Source: Antedon mediterranea
Taxonomy: Eukaryota; Animalia; Echinodermata
Assembly: GCF_964355755.1 (NCBI RefSeq)
Contig: NC_092679.1
Span: 18,397,432 to 18,461,431 of the forward strand
DNA: 64,000 bases
Direction of reading: 5' to 3'
The notes beneath the pieces were generated by a model. That model was given only the letters and a program-made list of their open reading frames with translations. It was not told the origin of the DNA and did not search any database. The position numbers and the translations under genes are program-made. Positions 47,801 through 61,382 of this stretch are shown here, piece after piece (the stretch's first letter is position 1; every line of letters starts with the position of its first letter).

Positions 47801-50800
47801 CAGGGAAATTTTCGAAAAATTGCCAATTTTCGACCCTTTTATTTTTTGACATAAATGGTTACTATAGCATAATAAACATGCGCAGAGTCGAATAATGGGT
47901 TCTGCGCATGTCCATTGTGCTATAGTAACCAGTTTTATCGAAAATAAAAAGGTCGAAAATTGACATTTTTTGAAAAAATTCCTGTACTTATAGTACAGGG
48001 AAATTTTCGAAAAATGGCCAATTTTCGACCCTTTTATTTTTTGACATAAATGGTTACTATAGCATAATAAATATGCGCAGAATCGAATAATGCGTTCTGC
48101 GCATGTCAATTGTGCTATAGTAACCACTTTTGACACAAATGGTTACTATAGCATAATAAACATGCGCAGAGTCGAATAATGGGTTCTGCGCATGTCCATT
48201 GTGCTATAGTAACCAGTTTTATCGAAAAATAAAAACGTCGAAAATTGACAGTTTTTGAAAAAATTCTTGTACTATAGTACAGGGAAATTTTCAAAAAATG
48301 ACCAATTTTCGACCCTTTTATTTTTTGACATAAATGGTTACTATAGCATAATAAACATGCGCAGAGTAGAATAATGGGTTCTGCGCATGTCATTTGTACT
48401 ATAGTAACCACTTTTGACATAAATCGTTACTATAGCATAATAAACATGCGCAGAGTCGAATAATGGGTTCTGCGCATTTCCATTGTGCTATAGTAACCAG
48501 TTTTATCGAAAAATAAAAAGGTCGAAAATTGACCATTTAAAAAAAAAATCCCAAAAAAAACGACCAATTTTCGACCCTTTTATTTTTTGATATAAATGGT
48601 TACTATAGCATAATAAACATGCGCAGAGTCGAATAATGGGTTCTGCGCATGTCATTTGTGCAATAGTAACCACTTTTGACATAAATCGTTACTATAGCAT
48701 AATAAACATGCGCAGAGTCGAATAATGGGTTCTGCGCATTTCCATTGTGCTATAGTAACCAGTTTTATCGAAAAATAGAAAGGTTGAAAATCAAAATTTT
48801 TTGAAAAAATCCCTGTACTATAGTACAGGGAAATTTTCGAAAAATGACCAATTTTCGACCCTTTTATTTTTTGATATAAATGGTTACTATAGCATAATAA
48901 CATATCGCAGAGTCGAATAATGGGTTCTGCGCATGTCATTTGTACAATAGTAACCACTTTTGACATAAATGGTTACTATAGCATAATAAACATGCACAGA
49001 GCCGAATAATGGGTTCTGCGCATGTCCATTGTGCTATAGTAACCAGTTTTATCGAAAAATAAAAAGGTCGAAAATTGACATTTTTTGAAAAAATTCCTGT
49101 ACTTATAGTACAGGGAAATTTTCGAAAAATGGCCAATTTTCGACCCTTTTATTTTTTGACATAAATGGTAACTATAGCATAATAAATATGCGCAGAATCG
49201 AATAATGCGTTCTGCGCATGTCAATTGTGCTATAGTAACCACTTTTGACACAAATGGTTACTATAGCATAATAAACATGCGCAGAGTCGAATAATGGGTT
49301 CTGCGCATGTCATTTGTGCAATAGTAACCACTTTTGACATAAATCGTTACTATAGCATAATAAAATTGGTCAATTTTCGACCCTTTTTATTTTTTGACAT
49401 AAATGGTTACTATAGCATAATAAACATGCGCAGAGTCGAATAATGGGTTCTGCGCATGTCATTTGTGCAATAGTAACCACTTTTAACATAAATTGTTACT
49501 ATAGCATAATAAACATGCACAGAGTCGAATAATGGGTTCTGCGCATGTCCATTGTGCTATAGTAACCAGTTTTATCGAAAAATAAAAAGGTCGAAAATTG
49601 ACATTTTTTGAAAAAATTCCTGTACTTATAGTACAGGGAAATTTTCGATTCTTTTATTTTTTGACATAAATGGTTACTATAGCATAATAAACATGCGCAA
49701 AGTCGAATAATGGGTTCTGCGCATGTCCATTGTGCTATAGTAACCAGTTTTATCGAAAAATAAAAAGGTCGAAAATTGACCATTTAAAAAAAAAATCCCT
49801 GTACTATAGTACAGGGAAATTTTCGAAAAATTACCAATTTTCGACCCTTTTATTTTTTGACATAAATGGTTACTATAGCATAATAAACATGCGCAGAGTC
49901 GAATAATGGGTTCTGCGCATGTCCATTGTGCTATAGTAACCAGTTTTATCGAAAAATAAAAAGGTCGAAAATTGACAATTTTTTGAAAAAATTCCTGTAC
50001 TATAGTACAGGAAAATTTTTCGAAAAAATACCAATTTTCGACCCTTTTATTTTTTGACATAAATGGTTACTATAGCATAATAAACATGCGCAGAGTCGAA
50101 TAATGGGTTCTGCGCATGTCATATTTTGTGCCATAGTAACCACTTTTGACATAAATGGTTACTATAGCATAATAAACATGCACAGAGTCGGATAATGGGT
50201 TCTGCGCATGTCCATTGTGCTATAGTAACCAGTTTTATCGAAAAATAAAAAGGTCGAAAATTGACCATTTTAAAATTTTTTTTTCGAAAAATGAACAATT
50301 TTCGACCCTTTTATTTTTTGATATAAATGGTTACTATAGCATAATAAACATGCGCAGATTCAAATAATGGGTTCTGCGCATGTCATTTGTGCAATAGTAA
50401 CCACTTTTGACATAAATGGTTACTATAGCATAATAAACATGCACAGAGTCGAATAATGGGTTCTGCCCATGTCCATTGTGCTATAGTAACCAGTTTTATC
50501 GAAAAATAAAAGGGTCGAAAATTGGTCATTTTTCGAAAATTTCCCTGTACTATAATACAGGGAAATTTTCGAAAAATTGCCAATTTTCGACCCTTTTATT
50601 TTTTGACATAAATGGTTACTATAGCATAATAAACATGCGAAGAGTCGAATAATGGGTTCTGCGCATGTCCATTGTGCTATAGTAACCAGTTTTATCGAAA
50701 AATAAAAACGTCGAAAATTGACAGTTTTTGAAAAAATTCTTGTACTATAGTACAGGGAAATTTTCAAAAAATGACCAATTTTCGACCCTTTTATTTTTTG

Positions 50801-53800
50801 ACATAAATGGTTACTATAGCATAATAAACATGCGCAGAGTAGAATAATGGGTTCTGCGCATGTCATTTGTACTATAGTAACCACTTTTGACATAAATCGT
50901 TACTATAGCATAATAAACATGCGCAGAGTCGAATAATGGGTTCTGCGCATTTCCATTGTGCTATAGTAACCAGTTTTATCGAAAAATAAAAAGGTCGAAA
51001 ATTGACCATTTAAAAAAAAAATCCCCAAAAAAACGACCAATTTTCGACCCTTTTATTTTTTGATATAAATGGTTACTATAGCATAATAAACATGCGCAGA
51101 GTCGAATAATGGGTTCTGCGCATGTCATTTGTGCAATAGTAACCACTTTTGACATAAATCGTTACTATAGCATAATAAACATGCGCAGAGTCGAATAATG
51201 GGTTCTGCGCATGTCCATTGTGCTATAGTAACCAGTTTTATCGAAAAATAAAAACGTCGAAAATTGACAGTTTTTGAAAAAATTCTTGTACTATAGTACA
51301 GGGAAATTTTCAAAAAATGACCAATTTTCGACCCTTTTATTTTTTGACATAAATGGTTACTATAGCATAATAAACATGCGCAGAGTAGAATAATGGGTTC
51401 TGCGCATGTCATTTGTACTATAGTAACCACTTTTGACATAAATCGTTACTATAGCATAATAAACATGCGCAGAGTCGAATAATGGGTTCTGCGCATTTCC
51501 ATTGTGCTATAGTAACCAGTTTTATCGAAAAATAAAAAGGTCGAAAATTGACCATTTAAAAAAAAAATCCCAAAAAAAACGACCAATTTTCGACCCTTTT
51601 ATTTTTTGATATAAATGGTTACTATAGCATAATAAACATGCGCAGAGTCGAATAATGGGTTCTGCGCATGTCATTTGTGCAATAGTAACCACTTTTGACA
51701 TAAATCGTTACTATAGCATAATAAACATGCGCAGAGTCGAATAATGGGTTCTGCGCATTTCCATTGTGCTATAGTAACCAGTTTTATCGAAAAATAGAAA
51801 GGTTGAAAATCAAAATTTTTCGAAAAATGACCAATTTTCGACCCTTTTATTTTTTGATATAAATGGTTACTATAGCATAATAACATATCGCAGAGTCGAA
51901 TAATGGGTTCTGCGCATGTCATTTGTGCAATAGTAACCACTTTTGACATAAATGGTTACTATAGCATAATAAACATGCACAGAGCCGAATAATGGGTTCT
52001 GCGCATGTCCACTGTGCTATAGTAACCAGTTTTATCGAAAAATAAAAAGGTCGAAAATTGACATTTTTTGAAAAAATTCCTGTACTTATAGTACAGGGAA
52101 ATTTTCGAAAAATGGCCAATTTTCGACCCTTTTATTTTTTGACATAAATGGTTACTATAGCATAATAAATATGCGCAGAATCGAATAATGCGTTCTGCGC
52201 ATGTCAATTGTGCTATAGTAACCACTTTTGACACAAATGGTTACTATAGCATAATAAACATGCGCAGAGTCGAATAATGGGTTCTGCGCATGTCATTTGT
52301 GCAATAGTAACCACTTTTGACATAAATCGTTACTATAGCATAATAAAATTGGTCAATTTTCGACCCTTTTTATTTTTTGACATAAATGGTTACTATAGCA
52401 TAATAAACATGCGCAGAGTCGAATAATGGGTTCTGCGCATGTCATTTGTGCAATAGTAACCACTTTTAACATAAATTGTTACTATAGCATAATAAACATG
52501 CACAGAGTCGAATAATGGGTTCTGCGCATGTCCATTGTGCTATAGTAACCAGTTTTATCGAAAAATAAAAAGGTCGAAAATTGACATTTTTTGAAAAAAT
52601 TCCTGTACTTATAGTACAGGGAAATTTTCGATTCTTTTATTTTTTGACATAAATGGTTACTATAGCATAATAAACATGCGCAAAGTCGAATAATGGGTTC
52701 TGCGCATGTCCATTGTGCTATAGTAACCAGTTTTATCGAAAAATAAAAAGGTCGAAAATTGACCATTTAAAAAAAAAATCCCTGTACTATAGTACAGGGA
52801 AATTTTCGAAAAATTACCAATTTTCGACCCTTTTATTTTTTGACATAAATGGTTACTATAGCATAATAAACATGCGCAGAGTCGAATAATGGGTTCTGCG
52901 CATGTCCATTGTGCTATAGTAACCAGTTTTATCGAAAAATAAAAAGGTCGAAAATTGACAATTTTTTGAAAAAATTCCTGTACTATAGTACAGGAAAATT
53001 TTTCGAAAAAATACCAATTTTCGACCCTTTTATTTTTTGACATAAATGGTTACTATAGCATAATAAACATGCGCAGAGTCGAATAATGGGTTCTGCGCAT
53101 GTCATATTTTGTGCCATAGTAACCACTTTTGACATAAATGGTTACTATAGCATAATAAACATGCACAGAGTCGGATAATGGGTTCTGCGCATGTCCATTG
53201 TGCTATAGTAACCAGTTTTATCGAAAAATAAAAAGGTCGAAAATTGACCATTTTAAAATTTTTTTTTCGAAAAATGACCAATTTTCGACCCTTTTATTTT
53301 TTGATATAAATGGTTACTATAGCATAATAAACATGCGCAGAGTCGAATAATGGGTTCTGCGCATGTCATTTGTGCAATAGTAACCACTTTTGACATAAAT
53401 GGTTACTATAGCATAATAAACATGCACAGAGTCGAATAATGGGTTCTGCCCATGTCCATTGTGCTATAGTAACCAGTTTTATCGAAAAATAAAAGGGTCG
53501 AAAATTGGTCATTTTTCGAAAATTTTCCTGTACTATAATACAGGGAAATTTTCGAAAAATTGCCAATTTTCGACCCTTTTATTTTTTGACATAAATGGTT
53601 ACTATAGCATAATAAACATGCGCAGAGTCGAATAATGGGTTCTGCGCATGTCCATTGTGCTATAGTAACCAGTTTTATCGAAAATAAAAAGGTCGAAAAT
53701 TGACATTTTTTGAAAAAATTCCTGTACTTATAGTACAGGGAAATTTTCGAAAAATGGCCAATTTTCGACCCTTTTATTTTTTGACATAAATGGTTACTAT

Positions 53801-56800
53801 AGCATAATAAATATGCGCAGAATCGAATAATGCGTTCTGCGCATGTCAATTGTGCTATAGTAACCACTTTTGACACAAATGGTTACTATAGCATAATAAA
53901 CATGCGCAGAGTCGAATAATGGGTTCTGCGCATGTCCATTGTGCTATAGTAACCAGTTTTATCGAAAAATAAAAACGTCGAAAATTGACAGTTTTTGAAA
54001 AAATTCTTGTACTATAGTACAGGGAAATTTTCAAAAAATGACCAATTTTCGACCCTTTTATTTTTTGACATAAATGGTTACTATAGCATAATAAACATGC
54101 GCAGAGTAGAATAATGGGTTCTGCGCATGTCATTTGTACTATAGTAACCACTTTTGACATAAATCGTTACTATAGCATAATAAACATGCGCAGAGTCGAA
54201 TAATGGGTTCTGCGCATTTCCATTGTGCTATAGTAACCAGTTTTATCGAAAAATAAAAAGGTCGAAAATTGACCATTTAAAAAAAAAATCCCAAAAAAAA
54301 CGACCAATTTTCGACCCTTTTATTTTTTGATATAAATGGTTACTATAGCATAATAAACATGCGCAGAGTCGAATAATGGGTTCTGCGCATGTCATTTGTG
54401 CAATAGTAACCACTTTTGACATAAATCGTTACTATAGCATAATAAACATGCGCAGAGTCGAATAATGGGTTCTGCGCATTTCCATTGTGCTATAGTAACC
54501 AGTTTTATCGAAAAATAGAAAGGTTGAAAATCAAAATTTTTTGAAAAAATCCCTGTACTATAGTACAGGGAAATTTTCGAAAAATGGCCAATTTTCGACC
54601 CTTTTATTTTTTGACATAAATGGTTACTATAGCATAATAAATATGCGCAGAATCGAATAATGCGTTCTGCGCATGTCAATTGTGCTATAGTAACCACTTT
54701 TGACACAAATGGTTACTATAGCATAATAAACATGCGCAGAGTCGAATAATGGGTTCTGCGCATGTCATTTGTGCAATAGTAACCACTTTTGACATAAATC
54801 GTTACTATAGCATAATAAAATTGGTCAATTTTCGACCCTTTTTATTTTTTGACATAAATGGTTACTATAGCATAATAAACATGCGCAGAGTCGAATAATG
54901 GGTTCTGCGCATGTCATTTGTGCAATAGTAACCACTTTTAACATAAATTGTTACTATAGCATAATAAACATGCACAGAGTCGAATAATGGGTTCTGCGCA
55001 TGTCCATTGTGCTATAGTAACCAGTTTTATCGAAAAATAAAAAGGTCGAAAATTGACATTTTTTGAAAAAATTCCTGTACTTATAGTACAGGGAAATTTT
55101 CGATTCTTTTATTTTTTGACATAAATGGTTACTATAGCATAATAAACATGCGCAAAGTCGAATAATGGGTTCTGCGCATGTCCATTGTGCTATAGTAACC
55201 AGTTTTATCGAAAAATAAAAAGGTCGAAAATTGACCATTTAAAAAAAAAATCCCTGTACTATAGTACAGGGAAATTTTCGAAAAATTACCAATTTTCGAC
55301 CCTTTTATTTTTTGACATAAATGGTTACTATAGCATAATAAACATGCGCAGAGTCGAATAATGGGTTCTGCGCATGTCCATTGTGCTATAGTAACCAGTT
55401 TTATCGAAAAATAAAAAGGTCGAAAATTGACAATTTTTTGAAAAAATTCCTGTACTATAGTACAGGAAAATTTTTCGAAAAAATACCAATTTTCGACCCT
55501 TTTATTTTTTGACATAAATGGTTACTATAGCATAATAAACATGCGCAGAGTCGAATAATGGGTTCTGCGCATGTCATATTTTGTGCCATAGTAACCACTT
55601 TTGACATAAATGGTTACTATAGCATAATAAACATGCACAGAGTCGGATAATGGGTTCTGCGCATGTCCATTGTGCTATAGTAACCAGTTTTATCGAAAAA
55701 TAAAAAGGTCGAAAATTGACCATTTTAAAAATTTTTTTTCGAAAAATGACCAATTTTCGACCCTTTTATTTTTTGACATAAATGGTTACTATAGCATAAT
55801 AAACATGCGCAGAGTCGAATAATGGGTTCTGCGCATGTCCATTGTGCTATAGTAACCAGTTTTATCGAAAAATAAAAAGGTCGAAAATTGACAATTTTTT
55901 GAAAAAATTCCTGTACTATAGTACAGGAAAATTTTTCGAAAAAATACCAATTTTCGACCCTTTTATTTTTTGACATAAATGGTTACTATAGCATAATAAA
56001 CATGCGCAGAGTCGAATAATGGGTTCTGCGCATGTCATTTGTGCCATAGTAACCACTTTTGACATAAATCGTTACTATAGCATAATAAACATGCGCAGAG
56101 TCGAATAATGGGTTCTGCGCATTTCCATTGTGCTATAGTAACCAGTTTTATCGAAAAATAAAAAGGTCGAAAATCAACATTTTTTGAAAAAATCCCTGTA
56201 CTATAGTACAGGGAATTTTTCGAAAAATTGCCAATTTTCAACCCTTTTATTTTTTGACATAAATGATTACTATAGCATAATAAACATGCGCAGAATCAAA
56301 TAATGCGTTCTGCGCATATCAATTGTGCAATAGTAACCACTTTTGACATAAATGGTTACTATAGCATAATAAACATGCACAGAGTCGAATAATGGGTTCT
56401 GCGCATGTCCATTGTGCTATAGTAACCAGTTTTATCAAAAAATCAAAAGGTCGAAAATTGACCATTTAAAAAAAAAATCCCTGTACTATAGTACAGGGAA
56501 ATTTTCGAAAAATGACCAATTTTCGACCCTTTTATTTTTTGACATAAATGGTTACTATAGCATAATAAACATGCGCAGAGTCGAATAATGGGTTCTGCGC
56601 ATGTCCATTGTGCTATAGTAACCAGTTTTATCGAAAAATAAAAAGGTCGAAAATTGACAATTTTTTGAAAAAAATCCTGTACTATAGTACAGGAAAATTT
56701 TTCGAAAAAATACCAATTTTCGACCCTTTTATTTTTTGACATAAATGGTTACTATAGCATAATAAACATGCGCAGAGTCGAATAATGGGTTCTGCGCATG

Positions 56801-57900
56801 TCATTTGTGCCATAGTAACCACTTTTGACATAAATCGTTACTATAGCATAATAAACATGCGCAGAGTCGAATAATGGGTTCTTCGCATTTCCATTGTGCT
56901 ATAGTAACCAGTTTTATCGAAAAATAAAAAGGTCGAAAATCAACATTTTTTGAAAAAATCCCTGTTCTATAGTACAGGGAATTTTTCGAAAAATTGCCAA
57001 TTTTCAACCCTTTTATTTTTTGACATAAATGATTACTATAGCATAATAAACATGCGCAGAATCAAATAATGCGTTCTGCGCATGTCAATTGTGCAATAGT
57101 AACCACTTTTGACATAAATGGTTACTATAGCATAATAAACATGCACAGAGTCGAATAATGGGTTCTGCGCATGTCCATTGTGCTATAGTAACCAGTTTTA
57201 TCAAAAAATAAAAAGGTCGAAAATTGACCATTTAAAAAAAAAATCCCTGTACTATAGTACAGGGAAATTTTCGAAAAATGACCAATTTTCGACCCTTTTA
57301 TTTTTTGATATAAATGGTTACTATAGCATAATAAACATGCGCAGAGTCGAATAATGGGTTCTGCGCATGTCATTTGTGCAATAGTAACCACTTTTGACAT
57401 AAATGGTTACTATAGCATAATAAACATGCACAGAGTCGAATAATGGGTTCTGCGCATGTCCATTGTGCTATAGTAACCAGTTTTATCGAAAAATAAAAAG
57501 GTCGAAAATTGACAAATTTTCGACCCTTTTATTTTTTGATATAAATGGTTACTATAGCATAATAAACATGCGCAGAGTCGAATAATGGGTTCTGCGCATG
57601 TCATTTGTGCAATAGTAACCACTTTTGACATAAATGGTTACTATAGCATAATAAACATGCACAGAGTCGAATAATGGGTTCTGCGCATGTCCATTGTGCT
57701 ATAGTAACCAGTTTTATCGAAAAATAAAAAGGTCGAAAAGTGCGTATTTTGGCAATTTGTTGAAAAAATCCTTGTACTATAATAATAGTACAGGCATTTT
57801 TCGAAAAAAAGGAAAATTTCGACCTTTTTATTTTTTGACATAAATGGTTACTATACAGAATAATTATAACGCAATATATGCACATATATAGCAGTAGTAT
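44870..57900. repeat. ~13-kb complex satellite of palindromic modules A (89-bp period) and B (~106 bp), arranged as AB (195 bp) and AAB (284 bp) with higher-order repeats
   Basis: TAACCAGTTTTATCG recurs at 45301 and 45496. The A-A spacing is 89 bp (46251/46340). Matching ORFs recur at offsets of 1401, 2983, 2472, 5740 and 766 bp in the ORF track. Confidence 0.97.
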
Positions 57901-58059
57901 TTCATAATAATATTTTTTTTAAAGTGCGTATTTTGGTAATTTTTTCCAAAAATATGCAAATTTCGACCTTTTTATTTTTGACATAAATCGTTTCTATACG
58001 TCTATAAGATGATGATAAAGCAATATATGGGCATATATAGCAATATTATTGTCCAGGAG

Positions 58060-58367
58060 GCTTTTTTTTTCTATGCAGTTAAGGCAGAAATCATGAATAA
58101 TTCATTGCCTTAATTATTTTCTATTAAAAAGAATTGCAAGATAGTTGATGTACTTCCTAAATATACTAAACCTAACACTCTAAATAATCTCTTTCTTTTA
58201 CGAACATGTTAACAGTGCAATAGGTTAAAGCCTTTACCAAACATTTCTGTTGGCAAACGCTGTATTCTTATATAGCGCCCTCTATAATGTCCCATTCATT
58301 ATGTCATAACTATTCTAATGAATTATTTATGATTTCTGCCTTAATTGCATAGGAAAAAAAATAATGC
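58060..58367. mobile_element. MITE with a 9-bp target-site duplication (Mutator-like)
   Basis: Perfect GTCCAGGAG at 58051-58059 and 58368-58376. TIRs of about 45 bp: CTATGCAGTTAAGGCAGAAATCATGAATAATTCATT / AATGAATTATTTATGATTTCTGCCTTAATTGCATAG. Confidence 0.85.
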
Positions 58368-59532
58368 GTCCAGGAGTCGTCGATTGTGGTATTTCGTGCC
58401 TTTCATATTTAAATTAACAATTGAATGCAATCAATTTTACATAAACCAATCGCGCCTTCTTCTCTAAATAGTCCAGCGGTTTTTATTTGATTTATTTATA
58501 ACGCATGGTATACATGTTATGTTGCTATACAGTAGATATTCAGGGGACATGCTTTTTGAGAGACACTTGCTATGTACAGTACATCAAAGGTGTGACTGTC
58601 CTCTTAGGATTCTATACTGTATTTTGTTCTTACAGATCAACAATAGAAAGATGTAATACACTAACCATGGAGCTATAACGAACAATGAACAAAACAAATA
58701 ATAACCTATAAAATTAAACGCTATAATCTTACTTTGAACAGAAAAGTAGGTCATAACTTTAACACCAAAAAGGGGATATTTTTTTTCTAAAATTTTCATA
58801 CGATATACCACCTTTCATAATCTATTTTGTAATATTACAGAGCCTATGTAAATACGCGAACGTGATTGGTTGAAACTGCATCACATGACTACCACTGCGA
58901 GGATCGTAAATCGTATATATCCTCGAGAACGATGATATTGACTGAGTATTTTTCGCGTAATTATCGTGTCCCCTGTCATTAATCATATAAATTCTCGAGT
59001 ACGATGATATTGACTGTGTAAAGTAATCTACTGGGTCTTGAACTCGCGATGAAATTGTCACCCCATCACAAGACAACGCTTCATGCGCTGCGCCACGGAA
59101 CTTGCTTGAAGAAATTAATCATCTAAACTATTTAAACTATGCATACATAGCGCCCTCATTTATTTTTAGTCCTCCCTAGATGTGATGAAACACCGTTTGT
59201 AATTGGTTAATACTCACAGTAGTAACTGGTACGCGCGCGACGCACTGAACATCCGGTGATTCGGCTCGAAGTAGTATAATGAAGACGAATTATTATTTAT
59301 TCGGCCTAGGCCTACCTGATAATATTATTATTAATGTAGGCTTATTGATGGAAATTCTTCTGTTATTATTTAAACGACCTAGGCTAGTGAATATTTCATT
59401 GCCAAAGGAATCATTACTTACCGTAGTAATTATCTGTAATTATCGAAAGGTAAGGTGTCTGGGCATCTTGAGTTTACATATTACTAGCTACCCGACCCAG
59501 CAGATATTCTACTTGTTGTTGGCTATGTAATA

Positions 59533-59690
59533 TAACAGATATTGCCTTTTATATCGGTAAAATATAAGATTAGACATCCCCTCGGGAATGATATTAAGTT
59601 CTTGGGAATTATATATTCCGTCGAACATATATCATTCCCTCGGGGATGTCTAATCTTATATTTAACCTCTAAGCAGTCAATATCTGTATA
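59533..59690. mobile_element. Foldback/palindromic MITE
   Basis: AATATAAGATTAGACATCCCCTCGGGAATGATAT pairs with ATATCATTCCCTCGGGGATGTCTAATCTTATATT. Outer arms are ACAGATATTG / CAATATCTGT. Confidence 0.75.
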
Positions 59691-59992
59691 ATAACGCATA
59701 GTAAGCACGAATGGTTATAGATATACATTACTGGGATGACTACGGCGTAGTTCATTGTACTGCAGGGATAGTGTCTTTAATTAGGCGTTCCATATTTGAC
59801 CTGAATACGATGTTCGGGTCATACATGGGACGCTGTTGGCGTCATAATTATACTACTTAGGTGCCTTGTCATACCAAACAGAATTAATTCAAACACGTAT
59901 TGATTTTTCAAAACTGTAATAATTAATTTAATTTTCATCTATCAAACAATAAATACAATAAATTAAACAATGAGCATAAGATAAATAGCACT

Positions 59993-60203
59993 GGGGCTCA
60001 GGCCAAAATTATTCTACTGCAGTTACTGCAGTAAGTGCATTTTTTACAGCAGTATAAACGTATGATTATAGTTCGTTTCACTGCAAAAACGGTGTACGAT
60101 TACTCCAAAAAAATCTTGCTAAATAATTGCATAAACAGGTTTAAAGAGTAAAAAAAACGTAGTTACTGCATTAACTGCAGTAGAATAATTTTGCCATGGT
60201 CCC
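59993..60203. mobile_element. MITE with ~40-bp TIRs; related fragment near 36185-36255
   Basis: CAAAATTATTCTACTGCAGTTACTGCAGTAA ... TTACTGCATTAACTGCAGTAGAATAATTTTG. Confidence 0.75.
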
Positions 60204-60937
60204 TTGTTAAATCGAACAAGTTTCCAGAGCACTCATACTCTTAACACGTATCTTGTTACTATTTATACCCCTACATTAACACAATCTCAATTGTGTACGA
60301 GGTGTATGTATGCCGGATGGACTGGGGACAGAAATATATTTTGGGACAAATAGTCTTGTGAAAAACACCATAATACATTTATATAATTATTATTTTTTTT
60401 TGTTTATTTTTAATTTTTTTTAAATTTTATATGCTATTGCACTACTTGTTATTGTGTCTACATTGTTATCAAGCAAGCAAAACTATTACAATAATAAATG
60501 AATTTTCCATATTTTTTTTAACTTTCGATAAAGCTAAAAAATACCTCTTTGAGGTTAGTTCATTATAAGCAAATATACTGTTTGTTGAAGGCTTAATACT
60601 TGAGAATTTGGCTAAGATTCTACATAGCCATGTACATGGACCTCAAGCATAGGAGTTGAAATTATCAGTTATTGTTAAAATATAGGCTCACATATTTACC
60701 TAATTGTTAAGTTATAGTTTGTTTGTTCAACGGTGTAACATAGGGATCACGTAAAAATGATTTTTCTGCAGTTATTCCTGCAAACAATGTATAATTTTAG
60801 TTTTTTCAATGTAGAAGTCTATGAATAGGCTGTCACTGTAACAAACAGTGTACATTACCAAAAAACGTTTGATAAACAATTTTAATAGCAGGTAACGGGT
60901 GAACAAAATGTAGTAAAATAATTTTGACAGTCTTTAA

Positions 60938-61382
60938 AGATGTATTGTCCCCCAAAAACATGAAAAATAAAGATTAATAAAATCAGACTTTGAATATATA
61001 TTATTTTGTAGTTAGTTAATCACCTCCATTTTGGAAAAAAAAACCGGAAACAATTAATGTTTTCACTTTTAAAATGACAAAATAAATGGTTAAATTCAAT
61101 CAAAAACCCATTGTTTGGCAGCCAATTTTTTGCTATATTACAGTTTTTTCCAATCCAATTTTTGGTCAAAGTGTATAACTATTAGGTGACATTAAAATGG
61201 AATATTCAACCAAAAAAATTTTAATAATTGTTTTTTTCAGGGGGACGATACATCTTTTGCTATATTACAGTTTTTTCCAATCCAATTTTTGGTCAAAGTG
61301 GATAACTATTAGGTGACATTAAAATGGAACATTCAACCAAAACAATTTTAATAATTGTTTTTTTCAGGGGGACGATACATCT
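60938..61382. mobile_element. TTAA-flanked Kolobok-like MITE, copy 2, with a tandem duplication of about 129 bp at one end
   Basis: Reverse-orientation homolog of 20753-21096. GGGGGACGATACATCTTT occurs twice (~61240 and ~61367), and TTAA flanks both outer ends. Confidence 0.85.

Noticed and set aside
44990-57740. CRISPR-like array of palindromic repeats
   Set aside because: The intervening sequences are themselves repeated rather than unique spacers, there are no cas genes, and the context is eukaryotic.
44904-57885. Dozens of similar Cys-rich ORFs (MSKVVTIAQ..CAEPIIRLCACLLCYSNHLC) on the minus strand
   Set aside because: These are translations of satellite monomers. Unit lengths such as 89 and 284 are not multiples of 3, frames shift at homopolymer indels, and there is no splice structure.
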